A stretch of 64,000 nt of DNA, taken from contig CAZSDS010000001.1 in the NCBI GenBank assembly GCA_964605735.1, positions 134,771-198,770 on the forward strand, in the 5' to 3' direction. A program made the translations under genes and the position numbers. Source of the stretch: an uncultured Candidatus Saccharibacteria bacterium. GTDB taxonomy: Bacteria > Patescibacteriota > Doudnabacteria > UBA920 > O2-02-FULL-48-8. This document shows, piece after piece, positions 26,839-37,021 of this stretch. Each line of letters opens with the position of its first letter. The first letter of the stretch is position 1. The notes under the pieces were generated by a model. The model was not told the origin of the DNA, did no database searches, and saw only the letters and a program-made list of their open reading frames with translations.

Positions 26839-29514
26839 ATGGGATTTTTCAGCAATTTATTCAGCGATTCAAATCAGCGCGTTATAGCCAAGCTTCAGGA
26901 ACGAGTTGATGAAATCAACGCGCTTGAGCCGGAATTTGAAAAGAAGTCACAAGAGGAGTTAAGGGAATTAACTGCTGTTTGGAAAAAAGAGCTGGCAGGT
27001 TTAGCCGCAGGAGAAGGATCCGACCCTGCCGGAGATTTGGAAAAAACTAAAGCGTATTTAGATCAGATTCTGCCTCAGGCATTTGCGGTTGTCCGTGAAG
27101 CTTCAAAGAGAACTTTGGGTCAGCGCCACTATGACGTGCAAATGATGGGTGGTATGGTTTTGCACCAGGGGTCAATCGCAGAAATGAGAACTGGTGAAGG
27201 TAAAACTTTGGTGGCAACTTTGCCAATGTATTTAAACGCCCTGACTGGGCGCGGTGTGCACCTTGTTACGGTAAACGATTACCTGGCGCGCTGGCAGGCT
27301 TCCTGGATGGGGCAAATTTATCATTACTTGGGAATCAGTGTTGCGTCCATTCAGCACCAGCAGGCTTTTCTCTATGACCCGACTTACCAGCCGGAAGAGG
27401 AAGAAATTAAAGCCGTTGAATCACAGGTGGAAGGTTTGGTTTTGGACGTAAAGAACATGCGGCCAGTGAACCGACGCCAGGCTTATGCGGCTGACATTAC
27501 GTACGGCACAAACAACGAATTTGGTTTTGATTATCTCCGCGACAACATGGTTTGGTCTAAAGACCAGATGGTCCAGCGCAGTGAGCCATATTTTGCCATC
27601 GTTGACGAAGTCGACTCTATTTTGATCGATGAAGCGCGTACGCCTTTGATCATTTCAGCGCCTGACACAGAGCCAACAGACAAATACTACGAGTTTGCAA
27701 AAGTTGTAAACAAACTGACCGAAGACGAAGACTACAACGTTGACGAAAAAAAGAAAGTTGCGACTTTAACAGAAGCTGGCATTGCCAAACTGGAACAGCT
27801 TTTGAATTTGAAAAATATTTACGACAAAGACGGAATCAATACTGTCCATCACATTGAGCAGGCTTTGCGGGCCAAGACTTTGTTTAAAAAGGACGTGAAC
27901 TATGTAGTGCGCAGCGGGGAAATCGTTATTGTTGACGAATTTACCGGACGATTGATGTTTGGCCGCCGCTACTCAGAAGGGTTGCACCAGGCTATTGAGG
28001 CTAAAGAAGGAGTGAAGATCCAGCAGGAAAGCAAAACTCTGGCCACCATCACTTTCCAGAACTTGTTCCGCTTGTACCATAAACTTGCTGGTATGACTGG
28101 TACTGCTGAAACCGAGGCTGAGGAATTCCATAAGATTTATAAGCTGGAAGTGGTCCAGATTCCAACCAACAAACCGATTCAGCGCCAGGATTTGCCTGAT
28201 CAGGTTTATAAGAGCGTGGAAGGGAAGTATCGGGCGGTGGCGCAGAAGGTCAAGGAACTGCACCAAATTGGCCGTCCGGTTTTGCTGGGTACTATTTCCA
28301 TTGAGAAGAATGAGCTGCTTTCAAATTTGCTGACGCAGGCTGGCGTGCCGCATGAGCTTTTGAACGCCAAAAACCATGAGCGTGAAGCGCAGATTATTTC
28401 CCAGGCCGGGCGTTTGGGAGCCGTAACTTTGGCCACCAACATTGCTGGACGTGGCGTGGACATTATTCTGGGCGGGAACCCTGCTGATCCGGAAGAGCAG
28501 GCTAAGGTTAAGGAGCTCGGTGGTTTGGCTGTGATTGGTACGGAGCGCCATGAATCGCGCCGCATTGACAACCAGTTGCGTGGACGTGCAGGACGTCAGG
28601 GGGATCCTGGATCCTCTCAATTCTTCCTGTCATTGGAAGATGATTTGATGCGCTTGTTTGGCGGTGACAGGGTTATAAGGATGATGAACATGGTGGGCAT
28701 GCCTGAAGACCAGCCAATTGAAGCTGGTTTGATTTCCAAAACCATTGAAGCGGCGCAGAGGAAAATTGAAGGCTTGAACTTTGATACCCGTAAGCACGTG
28801 CTTGAATATGACGATGTAATGAACAAGCAAAGAACCGTCATTTACAAAAAGCGCAGAGAGATTTTGGATAAGGCGGCGAGCGGCCAGGATTTGTCGGAAG
28901 AAGTCCTGGGCTTGGTGACAAAAGAAATTAAGGAGTTTGTTAATTTCCATTTTGCCCAGGAAGAGGTTGATTACAAAGAAATCTATCAGAACGCAGCGGC
29001 TATGATGCCTTTGCAGCCTGGTGATATGAAAGATGCCGGGGATGTCCAGCAAGTTGCTGAGCATTATATTTCGATTGCTGAACGCGAGTATGCGGCTAAA
29101 AAGAACCGGGTTGGGGCTGAGGTTATGGCGCAGATGGAGCGTATGGTTTATTTGCGGGCGATTGACATACTCTGGCAGCAGCATTTGGATACTATGGAGC
29201 ATTTGCGGGATTCTGTGAGATTGCGCGGGTATGGCCAGCGCGATCCATTACTTGAATTTAAAAACGAAGGATTCCAGCTGTTCCAGCGCTTGCTTGATGA
29301 GGTTAATGCCCAGGTGGCAAACATGATTTTCAAGATTGATGTCATGCAACAGCCCGCGCCAGTTGTTCCGGTGAATAATGAAATCCCTGCCGGAGAAGAA
29401 CCGGGAAGAAACGACCCATGCCCTTGTGGGTCAGGGAAGAAGTATAAACGCTGTGGATTGTTAAATACGGAAGAGCACCAAAAAAATCTTGTCAAAATGC
29501 AGGGTGGTGTTTAG
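26839..29514 (+). CDS. secA: preprotein translocase ATPase SecA
   Basis: DEAD-motor motifs (MRTGEGKTLVATLP, LIDEARTPLIIS), HSD/HWD, and the C-terminal zinc-binding sequence CPCGSGKKYKRCG. Confidence 0.95.
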   Translation: MGFFSNLFSDSNQRVIAKLQERVDEINALEPEFEKKSQEELRELTAVWKKELAGLAAGEGSDPAGDLEKTKAYLDQILPQAFAVVREASKRTLGQRHYDVQMMGGMVLHQGSIAEMRTGEGKTLVATLPMYLNALTGRGVHLVTVNDYLARWQASWMGQIYHYLGISVASIQHQQAFLYDPTYQPEEEEIKAVESQVEGLVLDVKNMRPVNRRQAYAADITYGTNNEFGFDYLRDNMVWSKDQMVQRSEPYFAIVDEVDSILIDEARTPLIISAPDTEPTDKYYEFAKVVNKLTEDEDYNVDEKKKVATLTEAGIAKLEQLLNLKNIYDKDGINTVHHIEQALRAKTLFKKDVNYVVRSGEIVIVDEFTGRLMFGRRYSEGLHQAIEAKEGVKIQQESKTLATITFQNLFRLYHKLAGMTGTAETEAEEFHKIYKLEVVQIPTNKPIQRQDLPDQVYKSVEGKYRAVAQKVKELHQIGRPVLLGTISIEKNELLSNLLTQAGVPHELLNAKNHEREAQIISQAGRLGAVTLATNIAGRGVDIILGGNPADPEEQAKVKELGGLAVIGTERHESRRIDNQLRGRAGRQGDPGSSQFFLSLEDDLMRLFGGDRVIRMMNMVGMPEDQPIEAGLISKTIEAAQRKIEGLNFDTRKHVLEYDDVMNKQRTVIYKKRREILDKAASGQDLSEEVLGLVTKEIKEFVNFHFAQEEVDYKEIYQNAAAMMPLQPGDMKDAGDVQQVAEHYISIAEREYAAKKNRVGAEVMAQMERMVYLRAIDILWQQHLDTMEHLRDSVRLRGYGQRDPLLEFKNEGFQLFQRLLDEVNAQVANMIFKIDVMQQPAPVVPVNNEIPAGEEPGRNDPCPCGSGKKYKRCGLLNTEEHQKNLVKMQGGV

Positions 29515-29516
29515 GT

Positions 29517-30974
29517 ATGGAAATTCTCTGGTTAATTTTAATTGTACTTGCGGGCGGATATATTGCTAAGTGGTTGTTTAGCGTTGCCAAGAGTAGTGGT
29601 AAAACAATTTTATCAAATGAAGAGCTAGTTAAATATGGAATTGGAGCAAGAAGACAATCGCGGAAATTTTTAACAATTGAAAAACCAAATGTAAATTTCT
29701 CAGAGGAAACAAAAAAAGTTCTAAACTTATTGGAAAATACGACTTCTAACTTATTTATTACAGGCAGAGCTGGAACAGGGAAGTCTACGTTACTTAAATA
29801 TTTTCGTGCCACTACTAAAAAGAATTTGGTAGTATTAGCACCTACCGGAGTAGCTGCAGTTAATGTGCAGGGACAAACAATACATTCATTTTTTAAATTT
29901 GGACCGAATATTACACTTGATAAAGTGAGAAAGCGATATGGGGACGAAGCACAAGTTTATAAGAAACTTGAAACCTTAATCATTGATGAAATTTCAATGG
30001 TCAGGGCTGACTTATTCGACTGCTTACAAAAATTTTTATTTTTAAACGGACCGAAGCCTTTTACTCCATTTGGAGGAGTACAGACTGTTGTATTCGGTGA
30101 TCTCTACCAATTACCACCAGTTGTAAAAGAAGAAGAAAAATATATTTTTAATAATCATTATAAAGGACCTTATTTTTTTAACTCTTTATGCTATTCTCAG
30201 GCTAAATTCAAAATCGTTGAATTAACACATGTTTACCGCCAATCTGATGAAGATTTTATTGAAATTTTGGATTCAATTCGGCTAAACCAAGCAAAACAAC
30301 ATCACTTAGATAGGATAAACCAGTGTTTTATTGAGGGATATGAATTGCCAAAAGAAGATTATGTTATTTCACTCGTTACAACAAATAATTCAGCTAGGCA
30401 AATTAATCAGAATAAATTAGATGCTTTGCCTGGTCAAAGTAAATTGTATAGAGCAAAAATAACCGGTGAATTTAAAGATACCAACTTGCCTACAGAAAAT
30501 GAACTATATTTAAAACCTGGTGCCCAAGTCATGTTGCTTAATAATGATTCCAAAAATCGTTGGGTCAATGGCGATGTTGCTAAAGTTATAAGTCTTTCAG
30601 AAGATTCCATTAGAGTTTTGTTTGAAGACAAAACGTTTGATGATATTTCCCTAAACACTTGGGAGATGTCAAGATTTGTTTTTGATGAAGAAGCAAGGAG
30701 AATCAGGTCTGAAGTTATCGGATCATTTACTCAGTTGCCTATAAAATTAGCTTGGGCAGTCACAATTCATAAATCACAGGGCAAAACTTTCGATAAAGCA
30801 GTACTTGACTTCGGATCAGGTAGTTTTGCCACAGGTCAAACTTATGTTGCATTAAGCAGATGCAGGTCACTGTCAGGGTTAGTTTTAAGAACTCCAATTG
30901 CGGAACAGGATATTTTTATAGATAAAAAAGTAGTAGAATATATGTCTGATAATTCAAGCAGAATTAAGGTATAG
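29517..30974 (+). CDS. PIF1-family (RecD-like SF1B) DNA helicase
   Basis: Walker A sequence FITGRAGTGKSTLL; IIDEISMV; VFGDLYQLPPV; TIHKSQGKTFD; markedly AT-rich codon usage compared with secA; starts 2 nt after the secA stop. Confidence 0.8.
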   Translation: MEILWLILIVLAGGYIAKWLFSVAKSSGKTILSNEELVKYGIGARRQSRKFLTIEKPNVNFSEETKKVLNLLENTTSNLFITGRAGTGKSTLLKYFRATTKKNLVVLAPTGVAAVNVQGQTIHSFFKFGPNITLDKVRKRYGDEAQVYKKLETLIIDEISMVRADLFDCLQKFLFLNGPKPFTPFGGVQTVVFGDLYQLPPVVKEEEKYIFNNHYKGPYFFNSLCYSQAKFKIVELTHVYRQSDEDFIEILDSIRLNQAKQHHLDRINQCFIEGYELPKEDYVISLVTTNNSARQINQNKLDALPGQSKLYRAKITGEFKDTNLPTENELYLKPGAQVMLLNNDSKNRWVNGDVAKVISLSEDSIRVLFEDKTFDDISLNTWEMSRFVFDEEARRIRSEVIGSFTQLPIKLAWAVTIHKSQGKTFDKAVLDFGSGSFATGQTYVALSRCRSLSGLVLRTPIAEQDIFIDKKVVEYMSDNSSRIKV

Positions 30975-31182
30975 CAATTAGACTAAAATTTGACTTTTTA
31001 GAAAAAGCGATGTATAAAAAATAAAAAACTATTTACACATTGGAATAAGATTAAAGTTAAATAAAAATATTTATTGCTCGTAGTAAACAAAATCCGCGTT
31101 GACAAGCGCGGGTCTTTGTTTTATATTTGAGACAAGGCGGCGTTTGCCGCTATTTTAATTCTAGCAATAAAGGAGCTAAATT

Positions 31183-31392
31183 ATGGCAAAAAGCGTAAAA
31201 GTAACAAAAGAAAGTGATTCGGGAAGAAATCAAGAATTTATTGATACGAAGTCAGGGCGACATATGGGCAGATCTGACTTTGTGAAGAAGATTGAGGAAG
31301 GAAACTATGACGATTACCATGTTCGGAGGATTAATGGCGTGAAAACTCCAGTTTCTAATCCTGATCATAGCGAAGGAAATAATCTAGACTAA
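31183..31392 (+). CDS. small DUF3892-like protein
   Basis: 69 aa; the C-terminal YHVRRINGVKTPVSNPDHSEGNNLD resembles the DUF3892 C-terminus; SD aaggagc. Confidence 0.4.
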   Translation: MAKSVKVTKESDSGRNQEFIDTKSGRHMGRSDFVKKIEEGNYDDYHVRRINGVKTPVSNPDHSEGNNLD

Positions 31393-31398
31393 TTATTT

Positions 31399-32106
31399 AT
31401 GTCTAAACTAATTTTTGACATAGAAACAGTTGGCGAAAATTTTGATGAACTTGATGAAACCACTCAGGGTGTTTTGACGCGATGGATCAAACAAGATTCC
31501 GAAACTGAAAATGAGTATTTAAGAGCATTAGAAAATCTAAAGAATGGACTCGGGTTTTCCCCTTTAACGGGTGAAATAGTTGCAATTGGTGTATTTGACC
31601 CCGATAAAAATCAAGGAGGTGTTTATTTTCAGGCTCCAGAACAATACATTGCAGACTTTGAAGAAAATGGAATCAAATATAAGCAAATGAATGAAAAAGA
31701 AATGCTTGAAAAATTTTGGGAGATATCTTCAAAGTACCAAGAATTTATAAGTTTTAATGGGAGAGGATTTGATGCACCATTTTTAGCAATCCGATCAGCA
31801 ATCCATAAAATTAAGCCGGCCAAAGATCTTATGGATGGAAGGTATTTGTATCAGCAGAAGAAAGTAACACATATTGATCTGCAGGACCAGCTTTGTTTTT
31901 ATGGATCCGTGCGCCGTAAGGGGAGTTTGCATCTATTCACTCGTGCTTTTGGTATTAAAAGTCCCAAGTCAGAAGGAATATCAGGAGATGATGTTGGTAG
32001 ATTATTTCAAGAAAAAAAATTTGTAGAAATTGCGAAATATAATGCAGGTGACTTATTCGCAACAAAAGAACTTTATGATTATTGGAATAATTACTTAAGA
32101 TTATAG
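31399..32106 (+). CDS. DEDD-type 3'-5' exonuclease (PolB-exonuclease-like / DnaQ-like fold)
   Basis: FDIETVG is Exo motif I; the overall size and FNGRGFD match predicted 3'-5' exonucleases related to the PolB exo domain. Confidence 0.55.
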   Translation: MSKLIFDIETVGENFDELDETTQGVLTRWIKQDSETENEYLRALENLKNGLGFSPLTGEIVAIGVFDPDKNQGGVYFQAPEQYIADFEENGIKYKQMNEKEMLEKFWEISSKYQEFISFNGRGFDAPFLAIRSAIHKIKPAKDLMDGRYLYQQKKVTHIDLQDQLCFYGSVRRKGSLHLFTRAFGIKSPKSEGISGDDVGRLFQEKKFVEIAKYNAGDLFATKELYDYWNNYLRL

Positions 32107-32188
32107 TTGAATATTAGAGCATAAAACTTGTCGTTGCCAAGTTGACGTTTGTTTACTGTGGAGGTAACATCCAGACAGTTCATTCAAA

Positions 32189-32749
32189 TTAAATAATTTT
32201 ATAATATTTTCTGTACCAAGATAGTGTTCTTAAAAGCATAAACCTCTTAATTATTCGGTCTTTGTATTCCCTAGTCGGCAACAAATTACAGAAGTGTGCC
32301 ATTTTTGGATACAGATCAGCAAATACCAGAGGTATAAAAAATAGGCCTACCTTGCGGTAAGCCCCAGTTCCTTGCCCTCTTGATGTTCTTCTTGTGCTCT
32401 TCGTTCGTGATGCATTCGCATTCACCTGCGAGGCGCGCTGCCAGATGCGCATCTCGAATTGCGACTGCGAGCCTGCTCATATCGAGCTTCTTTTTCATAA
32501 ATCCCCCTGATGACACAAGGCCTCGCGAAGAAGCTGGTAAGTAGTTTTCCGTTGTAACATTCCCACGATCTGAAAACTGAGTTGCAGTTCACGTGGAGTG
32601 CTTCCGGCCAACTTGGCCAAGCTTCGCCAGGTGGTCAAAAAGTCTCCGTTTTTGAAGCCTTCCTGTGCTGCAAGGTACAGCTTGATTCTGCGACTGGTTC
32701 GCCACTTACGTATTACTCTAAACACATTCCACCTCCTTTGACCGTGCAT
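32189..32749 (-). pseudogene. possible degraded gene (three consecutive minus-strand ORF fragments in shifting frames, HTH-like segment)
   Basis: Fragments of 84, 66 and 87 aa in three frames; WRSLAKLAGSTPRELQ is HTH-like; GC content is higher than the flanking AT-rich island. Confidence 0.2.
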
Positions 32750-32786
32750 TCTATCTCAAAAAGGCAGGAAAGTCAACCCTAAATAT

Positions 32787-33239
32787 ATGAACTATTTTCT
32801 TATGAAATCTGAGCCTGAGAGTTATTCCATAGACGACTTTCAGCGCGACAAAGAAACAATCTGGACCAGCATCCGCAATTACCGCGCGCGCAATATCATG
32901 CGTGACGAAATGAAACCAGGTGATTTGTTTTTGTTCTACCATTCCATGGCAAAAGACAATGGCGTGGTCGGCATTGGGAAAATCGTAAAAAATAATTTGC
33001 CGGACGAAACTGCTCTTGATAAGAATGACGAGTACTATGACCCAAGAGCCACCAAGGATAAAAACCCCTGGATTGCCCCCAAGGTTAAGTTCGTCAAAAA
33101 GCTTAAGCGAGCCGTAACTTTGGAAGAAATAAAAAAGGACAAGCGTTTCAAAGACATGGTCCTGGTGAAAATCCCAAGACTTTCAGTCCAACCAGTTTCC
33201 AAAAAGCACTTTGACGCAATCGTACAACTAGCTTCTTAA
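32787..33239 (+). CDS. EVE (PUA-like) domain protein
   Basis: MNYFLMKSEPESYSIDDF...WTSIRNYRARNIMRDEMKPGDLFLFYHS is the canonical EVE/DUF55 N-terminus. Confidence 0.85.
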   Translation: MNYFLMKSEPESYSIDDFQRDKETIWTSIRNYRARNIMRDEMKPGDLFLFYHSMAKDNGVVGIGKIVKNNLPDETALDKNDEYYDPRATKDKNPWIAPKVKFVKKLKRAVTLEEIKKDKRFKDMVLVKIPRLSVQPVSKKHFDAIVQLAS

Positions 33240-33291
33240 TTGCGCCTTTGATTTTTCTTTGCTAACCTGAGCAAAAGAACAGGAGGCGTGT

Positions 33292-33576
33292 ATGAACAGG
33301 AAGCACGCAAAACTTCGTCTGCTTGTCCTGATCTCAGTCTTGCTGAGTTTTGGCCAGGCACCGGTCCACAGGGACGAGTCGCTCACTGTCTCGGCAACCC
33401 TAAGGAGAAGCAATCATCATCTGGAAACTGACTACTTTTACTTTGGCGAATATGGGTCGTTCCACGCCCGGCGCGGGACTGACCTGTACAGGTGGATGGA
33501 ACTGCATCAGGACAACGAGGTCATGCTGACCGTGAAGAAGAAAGGCCAACGAGAGCTGTCTTGGCTTATTAAATAA
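33292..33576 (+). CDS. small secreted hypothetical protein
   Basis: SD aacaggagg; signal-peptide-like LRLLVLISVLLSFGQA. Confidence 0.4.
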   Translation: MNRKHAKLRLLVLISVLLSFGQAPVHRDESLTVSATLRRSNHHLETDYFYFGEYGSFHARRGTDLYRWMELHQDNEVMLTVKKKGQRELSWLIK

Positions 33577-33720
33577 AGTTCTTGCGAACACGCACTTAGT
33601 GCGAACATATTACTAAGTCTGATCCAAACGATCAGACTTTTTCTTTAAGCATTTGCGGAAGGCCATGCCACTGCATTATGATACATATGTTTGCTGACCC
33701 AATAGTAAATTCTCCAAAAC

Positions 33721-34275
33721 ATGATGAAAGAAAAAGCCTTGAGTGAAATAGCGGCGGAAATAGCCAGATGCCGGACCTGTAAAAAAGACAAAATCGGTTT
33801 GCCTGTGCCGGGAGAGGGGAGCGCTGACGCCAAAATCGTTTTTCTTGGGGAAGCTCCGGGAAAAAAGGAGGCGCAAACCGGCAAACCCTTTATTGGCCCG
33901 GCTGGGAAAGTCCTTCACCGGCTTTTAGCTCAAGCCGGCATCAGGGGCAGTGAAGTCTTCATCACCAGTCCTGTTAAATATTTGCCAAAACACGTAACCC
34001 CTACGCTGGAAGAAATCAGGCATGGTAGAAAACATTTGGATAAACAACTGGCTGTCATCAAGCCTAAGCTAATAGTTTTGATGGGACGGGTGGCTTGCCA
34101 GGCAATTTTGGAAAGAGACTATTCGCCGGCCCTTGATCATGGTAAAATTATCAAGTCAGATGGTGTCAGCTATTTTTTAACGTACCACCCAGCCGCATCA
34201 TTGCACAATCCAAATTTAAGAACAGTAATTGCAGCTGATTTCAAGAAGCTCAAGAAACTAATAGCCAATTTATGA
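33721..34275 (+). CDS. uracil-DNA glycosylase, family 4
   Basis: CRTC...GEAPG...GKPFIGPAGKVL motifs of family-4 UDG. Confidence 0.85.
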   Translation: MMKEKALSEIAAEIARCRTCKKDKIGLPVPGEGSADAKIVFLGEAPGKKEAQTGKPFIGPAGKVLHRLLAQAGIRGSEVFITSPVKYLPKHVTPTLEEIRHGRKHLDKQLAVIKPKLIVLMGRVACQAILERDYSPALDHGKIIKSDGVSYFLTYHPAASLHNPNLRTVIAADFKKLKKLIANL

Positions 34276-34916
34276 TCCATGATTTAATAGAGCTGTACCA
34301 TAAGTTAACCAACCCTGATGAGTTGTCCCTGCTTATGGATACGGTTCTGTCGGGCTGGTGGATTTATGTGGTCATGGTTGCCATCATTTTTTCCGAGAAC
34401 GCCTTTCTGGTTGGGTTTGTCCTGCCTGGGGATTCTTTGCTGTTTACCCTGGGCGTCCTTGCCGGAGCTGGAAGAATCAATCTTTACGTTTTACTGCTTA
34501 TTTTAATGGCGGCGGCCATTTTAGGGGATAGTACAGGATATTATTTGGGTAAGAAGACCGGGCCCAAAATCTTCAGCCGCCCGGACTCCAAACTTTTTAA
34601 ACAAGAGTATGTCCGCCGGACACAGAAATTTTTTGAAAAGTATGGCGGGAAAGCCGTGATGATCGCCCGCTTTTTGCCTGTCATTAGAAGTTTTACTCCA
34701 TTTATGGCCGGGGTAGGCAACATGCATTATTCAACTTTTTTGGTGTACAACGTCATTGGCAGTGTCACATGGGTTTGTTTGTTTACGATTCTTGGCTATA
34801 CCCTTGGTAATGTCCCGATTGTTGCCAATAATTTTGAGAAAGCGGTTTTGCTGATTATAGTTTTGTCTTTCATGCCGCCGATCATCGAGTACATCAAACA
34901 CCGCCGCAGTAAGTAG
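34272..34916 (+). CDS. DedA-family membrane protein
   Basis: FSENAFLVGFVLPGDSLLFTLGVLAG is the DedA/SNARE-associated core. Confidence 0.85.
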   Translation: MIHDLIELYHKLTNPDELSLLMDTVLSGWWIYVVMVAIIFSENAFLVGFVLPGDSLLFTLGVLAGAGRINLYVLLLILMAAAILGDSTGYYLGKKTGPKIFSRPDSKLFKQEYVRRTQKFFEKYGGKAVMIARFLPVIRSFTPFMAGVGNMHYSTFLVYNVIGSVTWVCLFTILGYTLGNVPIVANNFEKAVLLIIVLSFMPPIIEYIKHRRSK

Positions 34917-34956
34917 ATACAAAAACTCCCGCCTAAGCGGGAGTTTTTTCTGTTCG

Positions 34957-36612
34957 CTAACGGGAGTTTATTTCTGCTGCGTTGTTGTCGATCAGTTCAA
35001 GTGTTGTTGGATTCCCCGTGTAATTGATCCGGCTGGCACCTGACGCCGTTGCCCGCAGGCTTTCCAATACCTGCAAGTCAGCCCTTGAAGAGTTGTACGC
35101 CTGGATTGTCGCGGCTCTGGTCCTGAAATTTTCTGCATCCAGTCTGCTAGCATTGCTCAGCTCAGCATTCATCTGATCCGCAGACCCGTTTAAGGTAATG
35201 CGTGCAGCCGAGCCCAAATCCAACCCCAAGACCTGCACTGAACCATCAAACTTAATCCGTGATGCGCCGTGTGCTTCAAGATTCAACCTTGGAACATTGC
35301 TAAAGCCCAAAATTTCCACGTTGCTTGCGTTATTTGCGTCCACGGTTTCCAGAACAGGAGTGGTAATTTCGACTGTTACCGGTCTGGTGATGCAGAACAA
35401 ACAAATTCGGAAATCGTCATCCTCTTCTGAAATAACCAGGGCATTATCAATCACTTCCATGCGTACGCGGTTCAGTTTGTTTTGTTCGCCATAGGCCACC
35501 ACTCGGGTTGTGCTGCCGTGAACAATTTTAACCTGGTGGTCGCGTTCCGTTTCAATCGAATCAAATCCGCTGACCTGAAATTCTTTGGACTGGTTTGGCC
35601 GTTCTTCAATGCTTTTTACTGCTGCTTGGACTTGCGGCGCGGAATCAACTGCTAAAAACCCGAATGTAAGCGCGCTGGAAAGCCAAAGAATGGAGAAAAC
35701 AGCAATTAATGTTCCGGTAAATACGCTCTTTCTGCGCACAAAAGTGATTCCTAAAAGTAATGCCACGATCACCGGGATGATGGCGGAAATATAACCGGAA
35801 ATGACCAACATAACGTATTGCCCGCCGTTGAAAACCTGCGCTATTGCCGGATCCACATAAGTGGAATCAGGGTTGAACAGCATGACGATCATCAGCAGGG
35901 TAAAGGCAAACAGACAGACAAACGCCACGGCAGTCATAACCAGACCAATAATGCTTAAGATAATCGGGATAAGCGCACGGATAAATCTTCCCAAAAGGTA
36001 AAACAGTTCGCGGAAGAAAAAGGCTATGACGCTAAAATTTTTTTTTCTGTCGGAATTTTCCTTGTGGCTTTCTTCGAGGTTGGCAACTGTGACAGGATTG
36101 CCTTTCATCTCCAGTTTTTCGGCGCCGGATTTTGCTTCAGGGACGATAATCCAGAGAATTATATAAAGCAGGATTCCGGATCCGCCGGCCAAAGTTATTG
36201 CAACAAAGAACAGGCGTGGAAGAATGGGATCAATGTGAAAGTAACTGGCAATGCCGCCGGCCACGCCTGCGATAATCAGGTCATCCGGGTTCCGGTAAAG
36301 CCTGCGGCTTGATCCTGGTGATTCCGTTTTCTGAGTTGCGCCTTTGTCGCCGGTAAGGTCCTCCACCGAACCCATGGTTTTTATAACCTCTTCAACCTCG
36401 CTCAAATTCACGGATTCTTTTTTTCGGTCAGTAACTTTACCGCTGAATTGTTCGGCAATTCGGCTTTCAATGTCGCTGATGACCTCTCCGCCGTATTCAA
36501 CAGTGTCGAAGTGGCGCTTCAATCCGTCCAAATAGTTTTTCAGCCGATCGTAGGCATCTTCCTCTATGTTGAAAACCAGACCGTTGAGTGTGATGCTTAT
36601 GGTTTTTTTCAT
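34957..36612 (-). CDS. PspC-domain membrane protein with a C-terminal LiaF/DUF4097-like beta-rich domain
   Basis: RNPDDLIIAGVAGGIASYFHIDPILPRLFFVAITLAGGSGILLYIILWIIVPE is the PspC domain; it lies downstream of a PadR gene on the same strand. Confidence 0.75.
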   Translation of the reverse strand: MKKTISITLNGLVFNIEEDAYDRLKNYLDGLKRHFDTVEYGGEVISDIESRIAEQFSGKVTDRKKESVNLSEVEEVIKTMGSVEDLTGDKGATQKTESPGSSRRLYRNPDDLIIAGVAGGIASYFHIDPILPRLFFVAITLAGGSGILLYIILWIIVPEAKSGAEKLEMKGNPVTVANLEESHKENSDRKKNFSVIAFFFRELFYLLGRFIRALIPIILSIIGLVMTAVAFVCLFAFTLLMIVMLFNPDSTYVDPAIAQVFNGGQYVMLVISGYISAIIPVIVALLLGITFVRRKSVFTGTLIAVFSILWLSSALTFGFLAVDSAPQVQAAVKSIEERPNQSKEFQVSGFDSIETERDHQVKIVHGSTTRVVAYGEQNKLNRVRMEVIDNALVISEEDDDFRICLFCITRPVTVEITTPVLETVDANNASNVEILGFSNVPRLNLEAHGASRIKFDGSVQVLGLDLGSAARITLNGSADQMNAELSNASRLDAENFRTRAATIQAYNSSRADLQVLESLRATASGASRINYTGNPTTLELIDNNAAEINSR

Positions 36613-37013
36613 AACTGATTGATTAATGATTTAATGGATTTATTCAATGTTTCGTAATTCTTTGCCAGTTCCTGGAGCACTCCTTTGCCCTTGTCCGTAA
36701 GCCGGTAGTATTTGCGCGGCGGTCCTTCCCTGGATTCGACCCAATTGTAGCTGACCAATCCGGATTCCTTTAGCCTGGAAAGAAGGGGATATAAAGTCCC
36801 TTCCACAACCAGCAGGTCGAATTCACGCAATTTGTTGAGAATGTCAGTGGCGTAAAGCTCGTCTTTGGCAATACTGAGGAGGACGGAGAATTCCAGAACA
36901 CCTTTCCGAAACTGCGCTTTTGCGTTTTCTATGTAGTTTTCTGGGTCTTTGTTCATATTAGTGTAATTAACGGTTCCGTGTATATTATATATCAACAGTA
37001 CCTTCTTATGCAA
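36609..37013 (-). CDS. PadR-family transcriptional regulator
   Basis: GTLYPLLSRLKESGLVSYNWVESREGPPRKYYRLTDKG is the PadR winged-helix signature; the true start may be the internal Met (MNKDPENY...). Confidence 0.8.
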   Translation of the reverse strand: MHKKVLLIYNIHGTVNYTNMNKDPENYIENAKAQFRKGVLEFSVLLSIAKDELYATDILNKLREFDLLVVEGTLYPLLSRLKESGLVSYNWVESREGPPRKYYRLTDKGKGVLQELAKNYETLNKSIKSLINQL

Positions 37014-37021
37014 GGTACTAA

